A stretch of DNA of 64,000 bases from Octopus sinensis (Eukaryota). Positions 1 to 11,788 of the stretch are shown piece after piece (position 1 is the first letter of the stretch; every line of letters begins with the position of its first letter). A program made the position numbers and the translations under genes. Below the pieces are notes generated by a model, which did no database searches, was not told where the DNA came from, and saw only the letters and a list, made by a program, of their open reading frames with translations. Location: contig NC_042998.1 in the NCBI RefSeq assembly GCF_006345805.1, forward strand, positions 170,872,001 to 170,936,000, in the 5' to 3' direction.

Positions 1-95
1 GGCGAACCAGATGGCTGCACCTGGCTTCAATCTTGATCTGGCAGAGTTTCTACAGCTGGATGCCCTTCCTAACGCCAACCACTCTGAGAGTGTAG
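1..95 (-). mobile_element. Partial GAT-tailed RTE-3'-end/SINE-like repeat
   Basis: tttctacagctggatgcccttcctaacgccaaccactc shared with copies at 9060, 44400 and (reverse) 7580, 62430. Confidence 0.8.
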
Positions 96-363
96 TGTGT
101 GTGTATATATATACACATATACATATATATACATATATACACATGCATGCACATATACACACATATACATATATATACATATACACACATATACATACAT
201 ATACACATACACATACATACACATATACATATATATACATACATACATACACATACATACACACATACACATACATATATACATATACACACATACATAC
301 ATACATACATACATATATACATACATACACACATACATACATACATACACATATATATATATA
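96..363. repeat. Compound (CATA/TACA/TA)n microsatellite
   Basis: Direct reading; explains the H/T/Y/I-rich spurious ORFs. Confidence 0.95.
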
Positions 364-1824
364 TTTGTAGAAGTGTTTGGGTTTGCAATGGAAAGTTTTT
401 CAGAGCCCTGACAATATACATAAACTGGGATGGGTGGAGATATTCAGAGCTGCCAACAACAAAAGTTTACTTCTAAGATCACTTGGTGGGAATAAAAGAA
501 ATTCTCTTTGTAAGTCACTACTGGATTGAAATTGAAGAAAATATATAACAAAATCAGCCATTATATACGGACATATAATATTGCTGTTAAGTACACTGGT
601 TATTGTAGTATTGCTGATGTACTTATTAAATAAAATAGATATTTTGTTTTTTTTCAGTAACACACCAAAAAGACTACATATTGCTTTCAAGATGATATAT
701 TTTTAAAGATGTATTATGAACAAATCCTACGGAACAGATGAAAATAGTAAAATCGGGTGGTGGGGGGAAAACCATTCTGCATTCAGTCAGCGTAAAAAAA
801 CGAGCCTGTAGATGTCTTCATACACAGTGAATAACATGCACAGAGACATGTGTACTGACGCAGGGTCTGGCCAGGCAATGGATATTTTCTTCAATTAAAA
901 TCTAAGGCAACAATTAAGTTTTAACACTTTTGTAGACTGGCAGCACCAAACATCTTTGGAGATACTAAGCTGGTACTGACTGTTAAGACTTTCTCCTTCC
1001 TTTCACCAACGCCTATTTTTTCACCCATTCACGCACGCACGCATGCACACGCACACTCGGACACCACATCTTTTAACTGCTAAATCACATTTTGTTGACA
1101 TTACAAAGATCCCAAGAAATATTACATAATCTATAGATTGACAGAAGTAAAAAATATATTTCTGAACTTGTTTGACAAATTTCAGGCAGTGTCAGGATTG
1201 GTTGGACGATAAGGTATAAAGTGGGAACGTCTCTCCAGAAGAAGCTACTAAACTGACTGGATAGGACGAAGCCCCTGTGGTGGCACAAGTAGAAATACTT
1301 TCCATTGGGGTCAACTCTATGCCTGATTCACATTTACTGGGTGTCATATAAGTTCTGGTCATATAATTTACTGGGTGTCATATTATGGATGTAAAATCAT
1401 CAGTTTTTGTGATGCTAAGCAATCTATAGCAGTTTTGAAGACCTGCACGAAACTGTCACAAGGGAGGACATTTAGGAGGGTACAATGGTACAGCTTTCAT
1501 ATTATGATTAATTTCTCTCATCAGCTATAAATCGACATTGTAAAAATAATGCAATGTTCCGTTTTATTGGACTGTTTTACTTTCCTTTAAGGTGTCATAT
1601 TAAAGATTAAAAGAGTGATCTGTTGGATTTTCATGCTATAGTTGGTGGGTTTCTATTTTGTTTTTTTATTAACCATTGCTAGGCTGTTATTTATGTTATC
1701 ACCTATATTTTTCTTCTACATAAATTGATTTATCAATGTAGCACAATCAAGTTATTGGAAAAAGTAATGTATAAATAGATATGTATATTTGTGTATAAGA
1801 ATGTATAAATATTTGTATGTATAT

Positions 1825-2131
1825 ATATAATATCTATCTATCCGCTCAGTCGGAGTTGACTCTCGGTTACTCGTTGGATCAGTGTCCTCCAGTCAGTTCT
1901 ATCCTGGGCTGCTTCTTTCAAATTGGCTTTGTCCATTCCGGTATCACTCTTGATGGTGTCAAGCCAGCAGGTTCTTGGTCGGCCTCTTCCTCTCTTGCCA
2001 CTGACCATTCCAAGCATGATGTCCTTCTCCAGGGATTTTCTCTGCATAATATGACTGAAATATGCCAATCTATGCTTGGTGATCCTAGCTTCAAGTGACA
2101 TTTTCTGGCTGATCTGCTTAAGAACTTCTCC
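1825..2131 (-). mobile_element. 5'-truncated RTE-clade LINE 3' end with 20-bp TSD
   Basis: ORF SLEARITKHRLAYFSHIMQRKSLEKDIMLGMVSGKRGRGRPRTCWLD (RTE/BovB-like C-terminus); TSD ataaatatttgtatgtatat at 1805-1824 and 2132-2151; short TAGA tail. Confidence 0.9.
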
Positions 2132-2161
2132 ATAAATATTTGTATGTATATGCCTAATATA

Positions 2162-2204
<43 letters not shown>

Positions 2205-2291
2205 AAGATATTTTATTCCACACTGGTAGAAATATAAGAAAAATAGAAGTTGTAAGTGCACTGAGAATAGTTAAAATAATTTTTATTAAAA

Positions 2292-2350
2292 TATTTGAAG
2301 CTTTAACTGGTTTCACAGTTAACACTGATTTTTTAAAAAAGGTTCAAATA
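2292..2350 (-). pseudogene. Degenerate type I hammerhead ribozyme motif
   Basis: Minus strand tatttgaaccttt-(tttaaaaaa)-tcag tgttaa ctgt-GAAA-ccag-tt-aaagcttcaaata; stems I and II and GAAA retained, CUGANGA destroyed. Confidence 0.45.
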
Positions 2351-2574
2351 GAAAGACATGGTTTACATTGCAGCTGTCTTGCTTCTGGCTAGTGTTTGAA
2401 GTTTACCCTGTTTTTATAGGGAGTTCATGGCTCAAATTAGTATATGTTTTGAATAGGATTTGAGTGATAAAGAATAGTCACATGATTGTTCTTAGAAACC
2501 CTTGTATGTTCCCTGCTGAAACACTTGACAGAAAACATTCAGCGCATTGATTGTTTAGACTTGTAAAGTCAACC

Positions 2575-2950
2575 GTGTCAGCCTTAATTTCCACACTACC
2601 CATTTGTCAAGCTTTTTTGAATTTCCAATCACATGCAAATAGTTGCAGGCAGTTTTGTGGCTAACATGAATTTCTTTTGCCATTTCTCGAGTGGTTTTAT
2701 GTGGACTTTTCTCAGTGACGGTCTTTAGTTGACTGTCATTGATGACAGACGGGCATCCATTATGCTCACGATCTTCAAGGCTCAGGTCTCCACTGTGAAA
2801 TCATTTAAACCATTTTCGAGTTAACCACTCACTAGTCATTTCCTCACCAAATGTTGTGATGATATTGCGAGCAGTTTCAGCTGCTTTACATCCTTTTTTG
2901 AAGTTGAGTAGCAAAATTGGCAGAATATCACGCTTTGACTGTAACAACGG
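2575..2950 (-). mobile_element. mariner transposase N-terminal (HTH) fragment
   Basis: ILLLNFKKGCKAAETARNIITTFGEEMTSEWLTRKWFK followed by LEDREH.GCPS and KKLDKWV-like motifs, with stops and frameshifts. Confidence 0.8.
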
Positions 2951-3093
2951 TGAAAAAAATATCAATGTTAATTTATTGATGTATTTGGGCAAGTCTGTCT
3001 GTATTATCAGACAATTGCAAAAAAATGTTTAAAAAAACTCTGAACTCTGCAAAAAGCTGGTACAAATTCTTCATGGTTCACTTTTTCCTGATA

Positions 3094-3138
<45 letters not shown>

Positions 3139-3698
3139 CATTCCTTTTCTCTATGAAGTGTTATATCCTGATCTACAGATATTAAATCGTACATTTAGTT
3201 ATGTACTTGTTTACACCCTCTTTTTAAGACACATCTCAGCATTATTATCATCATAGCGCATTTCTTGCTGTACACATATATTTTAATATATATATATAAC
3301 ATATAATCATTTGGTAAACTCAGTTGAGAATGTTAAAAATGTTCCTGTTGATCAGTAGAGTTGGGCTGTTTTATCATTAATCTTTTAAATTATTTTACAT
3401 TTAATTTATAGTTATCTTTTGGTTTACATACCACTTAATCATTTGTTTGTTGCTATTAGAAATAGTTTTATTCACTTTTACTTTATTCTTTACTATCTTA
3501 CATAGCTACAATGACATGAAACCAGATGAAGTTGTTTTAGTCCCAACTAACAATCTCAGATTGAATAATTTGTCATACAAATACAACTTAATTATTTCAT
3601 GTTTGTCTTGCACAAAATGATGTGCATAGCTCTAAATTTGTGTGTGTGTGTGGCTCTGCGTGCGTGCATACACACACACAGATATCAATAAATATTTA

Positions 3699-3927
3699 TT
3701 TCTTTATTGCCCACAAGATGCTAAACAGAGAGGACAAACAAGGACAGACAAAAGAATTGTCGATTACATCGACCCCAGGGCATAACTGGTACTTATTTAA
3801 TTGAACCTGAAAGGATGACAGGCAAAGTCAACATTGGTGGAATTTGAACTCAGAACATAACAGCAGACGAAATACTGTTAAGAATTTCGCCTGGTGTGCT
3901 AACGATTCTGCCAGCTTGCTGCCCTGA
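3699..3927 (-). mobile_element. tRNA-derived SINE, family A
   Basis: Reverse of the ggcagaatcgttagcac...gttctgagttcaaattcc...gactttgcc..tcatcctttc repeat also at 23590-23800(-), 26024, 28052, 57265, 58929. Confidence 0.8.
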
Positions 3928-4295
3928 TATCAAATATTGATTTTAAAAAAATAATCAATAATAAGTTAATGGAATTAATATTTTGAAGTTTATGCTAAAA
4001 AGATAATTTTAGTACCATTTAAAACTAACTTGGTTTGATGAGATTACTTATTTTAAGTAATATAATATACTTTATACCTATTTGTTTATAGATATCCATA
4101 CACCAGTTTTCTGATCTCTTGGAAGGTTACCATTATAGAAATGTCAGAGAAAGGAAGGTAGCACTCACGACCTTTTGCAGGGCAAGAAACTGCTGGGGAA
4201 GGAAAAGGAAAAATTAATCTCAGACTGTAGATCTGTTTTGCACACTTGCAGTAGAGTAGATGCTGCTTAAGTTAAGTGCCAATTGGTAGTGTTTG

Positions 4296-4518
4296 ACCCT
4301 TTAGCATTTAAACTGGACATATCTGGCCCTCAATATGCTATCTGTCTTATGTTCTAATCAGCCAGATCCGGCCTATCACACCTGCTCTCCAATGTCATTC
4401 TAAAAATATACAATCATATTATCAGAATTTCAAAGCTATGAGATAATGCATGATTAATTAAAAATAATGTAAATGAAAAAGTATTACATTCGACAAATAA
4501 TCTAAATGCTAAAAGTTG
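4296..4518. mobile_element. piggyBac-type MITE (degenerate)
   Basis: accctttagcattt...aaatgctaaaagtt TIRs; related copies at 36392-36603, 47140-47358, 59925-60144. Confidence 0.6.
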
Positions 4519-5009
4519 AATCATGTAATGGATTAAGTCTACCACTTAAGAATATGTACAGTATGTTGGGCTTATACATATTTTTTTTTATCTGGCTACT
4601 TTCACTCATAATACTTTGGTTGACCCAATGCTATAGTAAAAGGTAAAACAAAATTTCATACTCGTGCAACTACTCATTTGGCATCACCCAAATCAGTTTT
4701 AAAGACTCTACACATTAAATGAACAGTTGCACTAATTTATACCCAGAGACGATCTGATTTTAACTGGCATGATGGATCCAAGTAGATAATGATAGTCAAA
4801 TGGAATATAGAGACAGATGCTAGAACTAATGTTCAAATCATTATCGATTCTAACTTTAGTTTCATTTTGTATGCCTGTTGGGCTTGCCTCTGTCACACCA
4901 CTGAACTTCAGGTTCCACACTTGATGTTAATCTCAGTTAGGAATAATATCTGCTTCAAAAGAAAAACAATCAAACTCTATAACTATGCAAATGTCCAAAA
5001 TTTTGAAAA

Positions 5010-5770
5010 CCCTTTCCAAGGCAGATTGTATGATACCTGTATGCGAACAGCCATGCTATATGGCAGTGAAACAGGGGCTGTGACTGCAGAGGACGTGAAG
5101 GCTTGAAGGAAATGATCACAGTATGAGTATGCTTTGCTGGATGTGCAACATTAGTGTGCATGTACAACAATGTAAGCATCTTGAGAGAAAAATTGGACAT
5201 AAAAGACATCAAATATGGTGTGCAAGAGAGGCAACTGCACTAGTATAGTCACAGTCCATGTTTCACTGCCATGTAGCATGGCTGTGTGTGAACGAAGACA
5301 GCTGCGAAAAGTGTTGATCTCTAACATTGGAGGCAACCTGTGGAAGAAATAGACCCAAGAAGACATTGAACGAGGTGGTGAAGTATAATCTTCAAATGAT
5401 AGGTCTCACAGAGGTGATAAATGTTTGTGACCATTGGTGATTTACTGTGCTTGAGAAGAGTTATCAAGCCAAGTGAAATCATAGTTGTGGCTGATGACAT
5501 GTAAAAGCACCCATGCCAATGACACATAAAGAACCCATGCTTGTGATACGTAACTGGAACCTGTGCCAGTGGCACATAACTGGCATATATGCCAGTGACA
5601 CATACAAGGCACCCACTACACTCTTGGAGTGGCTGGTGTTAGGGAGTGCATCCAGCTGTAGAAAACAAGTCAAAATCAGACTGGAACCTGGTACAGCTCT
5701 CCGGCTTACCAGTTCCAGTCAAACTGTCTAACCATACCAGTATGGAAAGCAGACACTAAACGATGATGAT
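5010..5770 (+). mobile_element. RTE LINE 3' fragment: decayed ORF end, 3' UTR and (GAT)n tail
   Basis: GRLYDTCMRTAMLYGSET motif, then continuous into the abundant GAT-tailed repeat ending aaacgatgatgat. Confidence 0.8.
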
Positions 5771-5949
5771 AGCATGTAAAATAGCTGGAAAGAAAGATTA
5801 AAAAACCAACCAAAATACTGAATCCTAATAAGGTATAACAATGAATTTTCAACAGTAGTCAAATTTGTGTCTTTATATTTGGTTGTATTTTTCGTTTTGT
5901 TTTCATTGCTTTTTTCTATCTAGCTGTTTTTATTATTATGGCTCTGTGT

Positions 5950-6095
5950 GTAGGCATGGCTGTGTGGTAAGAAGCTTTTTCCAAGCACACAATCCCACTG
6001 TGTGACACCTTGGGCAAGTGTCTTCTATTACAACTCCAGTTCAACCAAAGCCTTGTGAGTGGATTTGCTTGACAAAGAGCAAAAGAAGCCTGTGT
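5950..6095 (+). mobile_element. tRNA-derived CORE-like SINE, family B (partial)
   Basis: ggctgtgtggtaagaagc...accttgggcaagtgtcttctacta...aaagccttgtgagtggattt. Confidence 0.75.
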
Positions 6096-6176
6096 GTGTG
6101 TTAGGTGTGGTGTACAGAAATTGAATATTGAGAAAAAAGATTCTCAGAATTTTGGAAAAAAAATCTTATTTCTTCA

Positions 6177-6213
<37 letters not shown>

Positions 6214-6472
6214 TTGTGTTTGTCCCCATAACTTAGTGGTTTTGGAAAAAGAGACTGGTAAAATAAGTGCTAGAGGCAATTTGTTCTACTATATCCTTGA
6301 AGGCAGTGCATAAGCCTGGCCATAATCCAGGCATCTTGGCATTAGGTAGGGCATCCAACCATAGAAACCATACCAAAACAGACATGGAGCCTGGACAACT
6401 CTTCAGCTGGCCAGCTCCTGTCAAACCATCTAACCCATGCCAACTTGGAAAAAGGACATTAAATGGTGATGA

Positions 6473-6522
<50 letters not shown>

Positions 6523-7029
6523 TGACTTGAAACAGTCTGGTAATTGGCTGATAATGGCCCTAATTTAGAGAGCTAAATTCTTAATTACTCAGGTGTTAGA
6601 ATATATGAAATTACATTTGCAAATAAATTGACATGCATGGCGCCTTATAAATAGAACTCACCCATGTGTTACAATGTGTCCAACTTGCTGTTATCCCTGC
6701 TATTTTAAAATATGATACACATTAGATAATGTAATCTTAGGCACATCAGATAATATAGATAGAATATGCTCTCTCCCTATTAATCAAATTGTTGATGTAA
6801 GACTGGCATTTTATTCTTATAGTTTCTTAATTTTAAAAATACTTTTGTATAAAACTCTGACTTTATAGACATTAAATTTAGCTAATGGAATATGTGCGTG
6901 TGTGTGTATGTATGTATGTATATATATATACACAAGAGTAAGCACATAAATGCAAAACAAGGTGGAAAAAAATAGTACTCAAATACGAGAGATAGAGTAA
7001 TATGCTTTATTAAAAAGCAGCAAAAATAT

Positions 7030-7080
7030 CACAAGAACTGTTACTCAGTTTCACGTTCCCGTTCATCGGACAGTTTTGTG
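7030..7080 (-). ncRNA. Minimal type I hammerhead ribozyme motif with CCGAUGA core variant
   Basis: Minus strand cacaa-aactgt CCGATGA acg GGAA cgt GAAA c tga g TA acagtt-c-ttgtg; stems I-III and a GUA cleavage triplet. Confidence 0.65.
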
Positions 7081-7726
7081 CCATAAAAGCAACATCCGAA
7101 CGTGGCTGATGCCAGCACCGCGTCGACTGGCTTCTGTGCCGGTGGCACATAAAAAGCACCAACCGATCGTGGGATCCCGGAACATCTCGCTGTGCTTGAG
7201 GAGACCTGTTGAGTCAAGTGCATGTACATGAACATCGAACCAAATATCAATGGAAACAGTAGTAGTTGTGATACCTGTGCCGGTGACACATAAAAAGCAC
7301 CATCCGAACGTGGCCGTCGCCAGTGCAGCCTCCACTGGCTTCTGTGCCGGTGGCACATAAAAAGCACCATCCGAACGTGACCGATGCCAACCCCGCCTTG
7401 AATGGGTTCTGTGCCGGTGGCACATAAAAAGCACCATCCGAACGTGACCGATGCCAACCCCGCCTCGAATGGGTTCTGTGCCGGTGGCACATAAAAAGCA
7501 CCAACTGATCGTGGCCGATGCCAGACCCCTCTGGCACCTGTGCAGGTGGCACGTAAAAAGCACCCACTACACTCGCGGAGTGGTTGGTGTTAGGAAGGGC
7601 ATCCAGCTGTAGAAACACTGCCTGACCAGACTGGAGCCTGGGGCAGCCCCTGGCTCCCCAGACCCCGGTCGAACCGTCCAACCCGTGCTAGCGCGGAAAA
7701 CGGACGTTAAACGATGATGATGATGA

Positions 7727-7729
<3 letters not shown>
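7081..7729 (+). mobile_element. GAT-tailed RTE-3'-end repeat with internal ~60-bp tandem array
   Basis: Repeated gtgccggtggcacataaaaagcaccatccgaacgtg units, then ggaagggcatccagctgtagaaac and (GAT)n. Confidence 0.85.
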
Positions 7730-7785
<56 letters not shown>

Positions 7786-7940
7786 ATAAAAAAACATATA
7801 TCCGAAAGACGCACACTCTAAAAAATAGAGCAGTAATTATTGCAAGAAAGCTTTATATAGAGTTACCCAAGGTTTCACAACCACCGCATCCACAAGGCTT
7901 TAGTTTTGTGGATGCAAAACCTTTTGCTGTAATATATATA

Positions 7941-8268
7941 CATCATCATCGTCATCCAGTGTTTTAAATCCGAGTTTTGTCCCGGTTAAGGGGGGTGGCC
8001 AGATCTACCTCAATGCCATAGCAACCGAGGTAGGCAGGTGTAGCCCACTCCAACCTTTGGGTTGGCTGGTGCCCATTCTCCTTTGCTATTATGTGGCTTT
8101 CTTGGAGTTGGATTTTCTATGGGGAGCATGCCCTTGCTTACCCCCAACCTTAGTTTCTCGACATGAGAGGTTCCTGAGACCACAATTTTTCAGAAATGTG
8201 GTGGAAAACTAGCTCAAGAAGGCAGGGATGCTACTCCCTGAGACCCCTCTCAGAGCCCCTCCCCCCTA
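7941..8268 (-). mobile_element. Divergent GAT-tailed retroposon with 14-bp TSD
   Basis: TSD ctgtaatatatata at 7927-7940 and 8269-8282; catcatcatc tail; weak similarity to the tttctacagctggatgccctt motif at 8130-8150. Confidence 0.7.
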
Positions 8269-8454
8269 CTGTAATATATATATATAAGCAATAATAATAA
8301 TATTTGTATATATGCTTGTGTGTATATATGTGGAAAGAGAAAGACAAGTGGTCGTATCCAGAATTTCATCGATAAATTTTTTTTCTCTTATAGCAACTTT
8401 AGAAGCCATTTAAAATTTTTCAGGCACAATTTTACAAATGCATATAAAATTAAA

Positions 8455-8707
8455 ATGATTTAATAACAAAACTTTGTTTTAGGAAGTTGTTAATAGTACA
8501 TCATACTGATTTAGTTTTTTTTTTTTTGTTTACAACCTATATATTGTATTTAATTTGATAAGCCACTCCAAGGTCCTCAATGATTTCATAACAAAGCTTT
8601 GCTTTTGAGAGTTGCTAATACAGTCATATCATACATAATCATAATCTTTTTTTTTGTTCACAACCTATATATTGTATTTAATTTGATAAGTCACTCTAAG
8701 GTCCTCA
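8455..8707. repeat. Diverged ~125-bp tandem duplication
   Basis: acaacctatatattgtatttaatttgataag.cactc.aaggtcctca occurs twice. Confidence 0.8.
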
Positions 8708-8954
8708 CTATTCCTCTGGATCTCTTCTTGTCATTGAAATTTCTATTGGATTCTAAATAGTTCATCAATCTCTTTTGGCTATGTAATTTCTGAATGATCA
8801 TTTGCTTTTTTTATTTACACTACAGTGAGTTTTTCCAAGATAGACATTTTTTTATTTGACCGGGGATGAGGTCAGTGACTGTTGTCCTTTCAGATACTCC
8901 TAAAATTTTAAGTATATTGCATGAGGTTGTTGTGATTCATGTTAAGTATATGTT

Positions 8955-9280
8955 CATCATCATCATTGTTTAACGTCCGCTTTCCATGCTAGCATGGATT
9001 GGACGATTTGACTGAGGACTGGCGAATCAGGTGGCTGCACCAGGCTCCAATCTGATCTGGCAGAGTTTCTACAGCTGGATGCCCTTCCTAACGCCAACCA
9101 CTCCGAGAGTGTAGTGGGTGCTTTTACGTACCACTGGCATGAGGGCCAGTCAGGTGGTACTGGCAACAGCCACACTCAAATGGTGTTTTTTATGTACCAC
9201 CTGCACAGGAGCCAGTCCAGTGGCCATGGCAATGACCTCGCTTGAATGTTTTTTCATGTGCCAGTAAGGCAATGCTGGTT
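8955..9280 (-). mobile_element. GAT-tailed RTE-3'-end repeat
   Basis: catcatcatcattgtttaacgtccgctttccatgctagcatgg; reverse of the 7560-7729 sequence. Confidence 0.85.
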
Positions 9281-9513
9281 GGTGATTAATAGCAGGGGTT
9301 ATCATATACACTACGTAGAGTTCTGAAATTGTCAGTTTTAATCTTTTTGTTGCCACATTTCTCTTGAAATACACTGCCTTTGTTTCAATTAATTTTGAAA
9401 ATTATGAATTTAATAAAATAACTTGGTTATTATTTAGCTGGTGTTTGGAACATAAATTAACATAAAATTTTTATGGCAGATTTTAATTTAGATTACGTTA
9501 GAAACAATAAGCA

Positions 9514-10683
9514 AATGAAAGTTTTGAGGTTGTGATTCTTTTTGCTACTTAGTTTATTTAATTCCAATGGTTCTGATGCAGTCACCTTGACATGTTTATC
9601 TTACTGACTAGCAGCAGTCTTGTGTGTGTTGGTATCAAAAGGATTAAGCAGGTTGACTGACTTGGTTTTCTAACTGTAGTTTAGAGTTGAAAGAAGAGAG
9701 TACTAGGAAAAACTGAGTGATCTGAGTATTAGCCTATCTGTCCATTAATCAAATGTTGATATCTATTGCTGTCTTCTGCTTCTGAACAGAACCCTTCACT
9801 CAGTGTTGGTTGTCTGGTATAGGTACCATATGAACATGGTTCAGCTAAGGACCAGTCTGCTTTATTAAATACAAACTGGTCCATTGGGACATGTTATGGC
9901 TGCTGTTCTCCATTAAACTCATGCATGGAGCATCACACAATCTGATGCATAGATCCTTAGTCAAAGGGATCCTGCTTAGTAGCTGTAGTAAATACGGTTG
10001 AGGGAGAAGAATACTGTACAAATACTGTACAGTGACCCAGTGATTGGAGTGTGTTAATACAGGTTCATCTATTAGATGAACCTGTATTAAGACACTCCAA
10101 TCACTGGGTCACTGTACAGTATTTGTACAGTATTCTTCTCCTTCAACCGTATTTACTACAGCTACTAAGCAGGATCCCTTTGACTAAGGATCTTTGGATG
10201 TAATGATGAATGTATCAGCAAATTTGTGATAGTAAAGGATTATGATTTATTTAGGACTGTAGCAGTTGGAAATTCAGTCTGTTTTAATATAGTTTTGGTT
10301 CTATTTGTGCAGTTTCTGATAGTTTATGTTTCAAATTAAATAGCTTAATTGCAATTGTAACTTTTGTTTATGAACACTATAATTGTTTTCAGTTGATTTT
10401 GGGGCTTTTTCTATTGTTTCCTTAACACTATGTTCACCATACTGTAACCAATGTAAAGTTTTAAATATTCTATTTGAATTGTAAAGAATCTTTACCAACT
10501 TTTTGGATTCCTCCATTCTTTTGCTTGTCAACTATAACATTGTACTACATGCAATACCCCTCAAGAGCCTCAACTCCAGCAAATGACCGTGGTTAATGAA
10601 AGTTTTGAGGTTGTGATTCTTTTTGCTACTTAGTTTAATTAATTCCAATGGTTCTGATGCAGTCACCTTGACATGTTTATCTT
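9514..10683. repeat. 89-bp direct repeats (9514-9602, 10595-10683)
   Basis: aatgaaagttttgaggttgtgattc...ccttgacatgtttatctt, one mismatch. Confidence 0.9.
9951..10193. repeat. Near-perfect palindrome, 121-bp arms, 1-nt spacer
   Basis: agatccttag...ggttcatcta T tagatgaacc...ctaaggatct; two mismatches counted. Confidence 0.95.
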
Positions 10684-11621
10684 TTCTGAGTTACCTGTGT
10701 GTATCCTTTAGTGTTAGAGGAGTAAATTAATAATTTTTATATTTGTAACATGCTACTTTGTTAGTCAATTTTTTTTCTACTAATGTCTAAGACTTAAACT
10801 ACCTTGTTCAAAATGACAGTGCCATGATTAGATGGAACTGTTTTGCAAAACTTGAGTTGGAGTATTTCAACATTTAGTGTTCTCAATATCAAGGATATTG
10901 CCTGATAAAACTGACAACACTGGTTTAGTATATACATACAGAGCATAAATTGTCAACAGATGGTCAAAGTGGGGGTGATAACTTTCTATGTGGATAACAC
11001 AAGTTCAGGGTGATTCAAGGAAATAAAGTGGACCACTTCAATATCAACTGAAAACTGAGAAGGAAGACACAACTAAAAAATACTAGACTTTAATAGCATC
11101 TAGCCTTCATACAGAGAAAAATGAACATACAGCAATGATAGTAGTGGAAGTGTTTATCTGAAAATTGACATTGGGAGTTTTAATTTACATGATACTTTGG
11201 TGTTGACTCAATGCCAAGAAGAGGCTTGTATGATGACCTGTCAATTTTTAGTTTTGAACTTCAGTACTGAAATTATTATACAGCATTCTTTTAAACTTTT
11301 TTTTCGTATATATGCTTTAGCTTTGCTTGCTCTGTTAGATTTTCCTTATGCATTATTTCTTCAATTTTTGTTCTTTTATGCATAAAGTAATGACAAAACC
11401 CATGAAATGATGGTAAGTTCTTGATGAGTATAATTGTTGACATAGTTCTAATTCTTAATTGGAACCATTTCACTGCACTTATATTGCTAATGACTATATG
11501 GACATCACAACATCTATTTTCCAATATTTAATCACAATTATCATATGTTGGTAGGTAGACTACACAATATATAAAATCAAATGGAAAATTCTTGTAGCTA
11601 TGTCACACTTAAGCGAAACTA

Positions 11622-11788
11622 CTGTATTTACTCGTGTATAAAGTTGCACCCCTAATTTAATGCTAAATCTTGGTACAAAATTTTTATTTCCTCTTAGTTT
11701 TAACTTTGTGCTGTGTATAAATCATACTCCAAGATTTTCAGTTAAAACCAAGTATAAAATTGTGCAATTTATACACGAATAAATACAG
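11622..11788. mobile_element. pogo/Tigger-type MITE
   Basis: TA-ctgtatttactcgtgtataa...ttatacacgaataaatacag-TA. Confidence 0.85.

Noticed and set aside
11-476. Five overlapping 93-125 aa ORFs
   Set aside because: Translations of a CATA/TA microsatellite that lacks stop codons
7041-7681. Three 144-166 aa ORFs with internal repeats; array superficially CRISPR-like
   Set aside because: Tandem units of a retroposon 3' UTR; the spacers are homologous to each other, the context is eukaryotic and there are no cas genes
9568-9602. ctgatgc-a-gtca cct tgac in the 89-bp direct repeat resembles a hammerhead core and stem II
   Set aside because: GAAA box missing and stem I does not pair convincingly
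10331-10531. 66-aa minus ORF faintly like a Penelope RT thumb region
   Set aside because: No diagnostic motif; cannot be supported without a profile search
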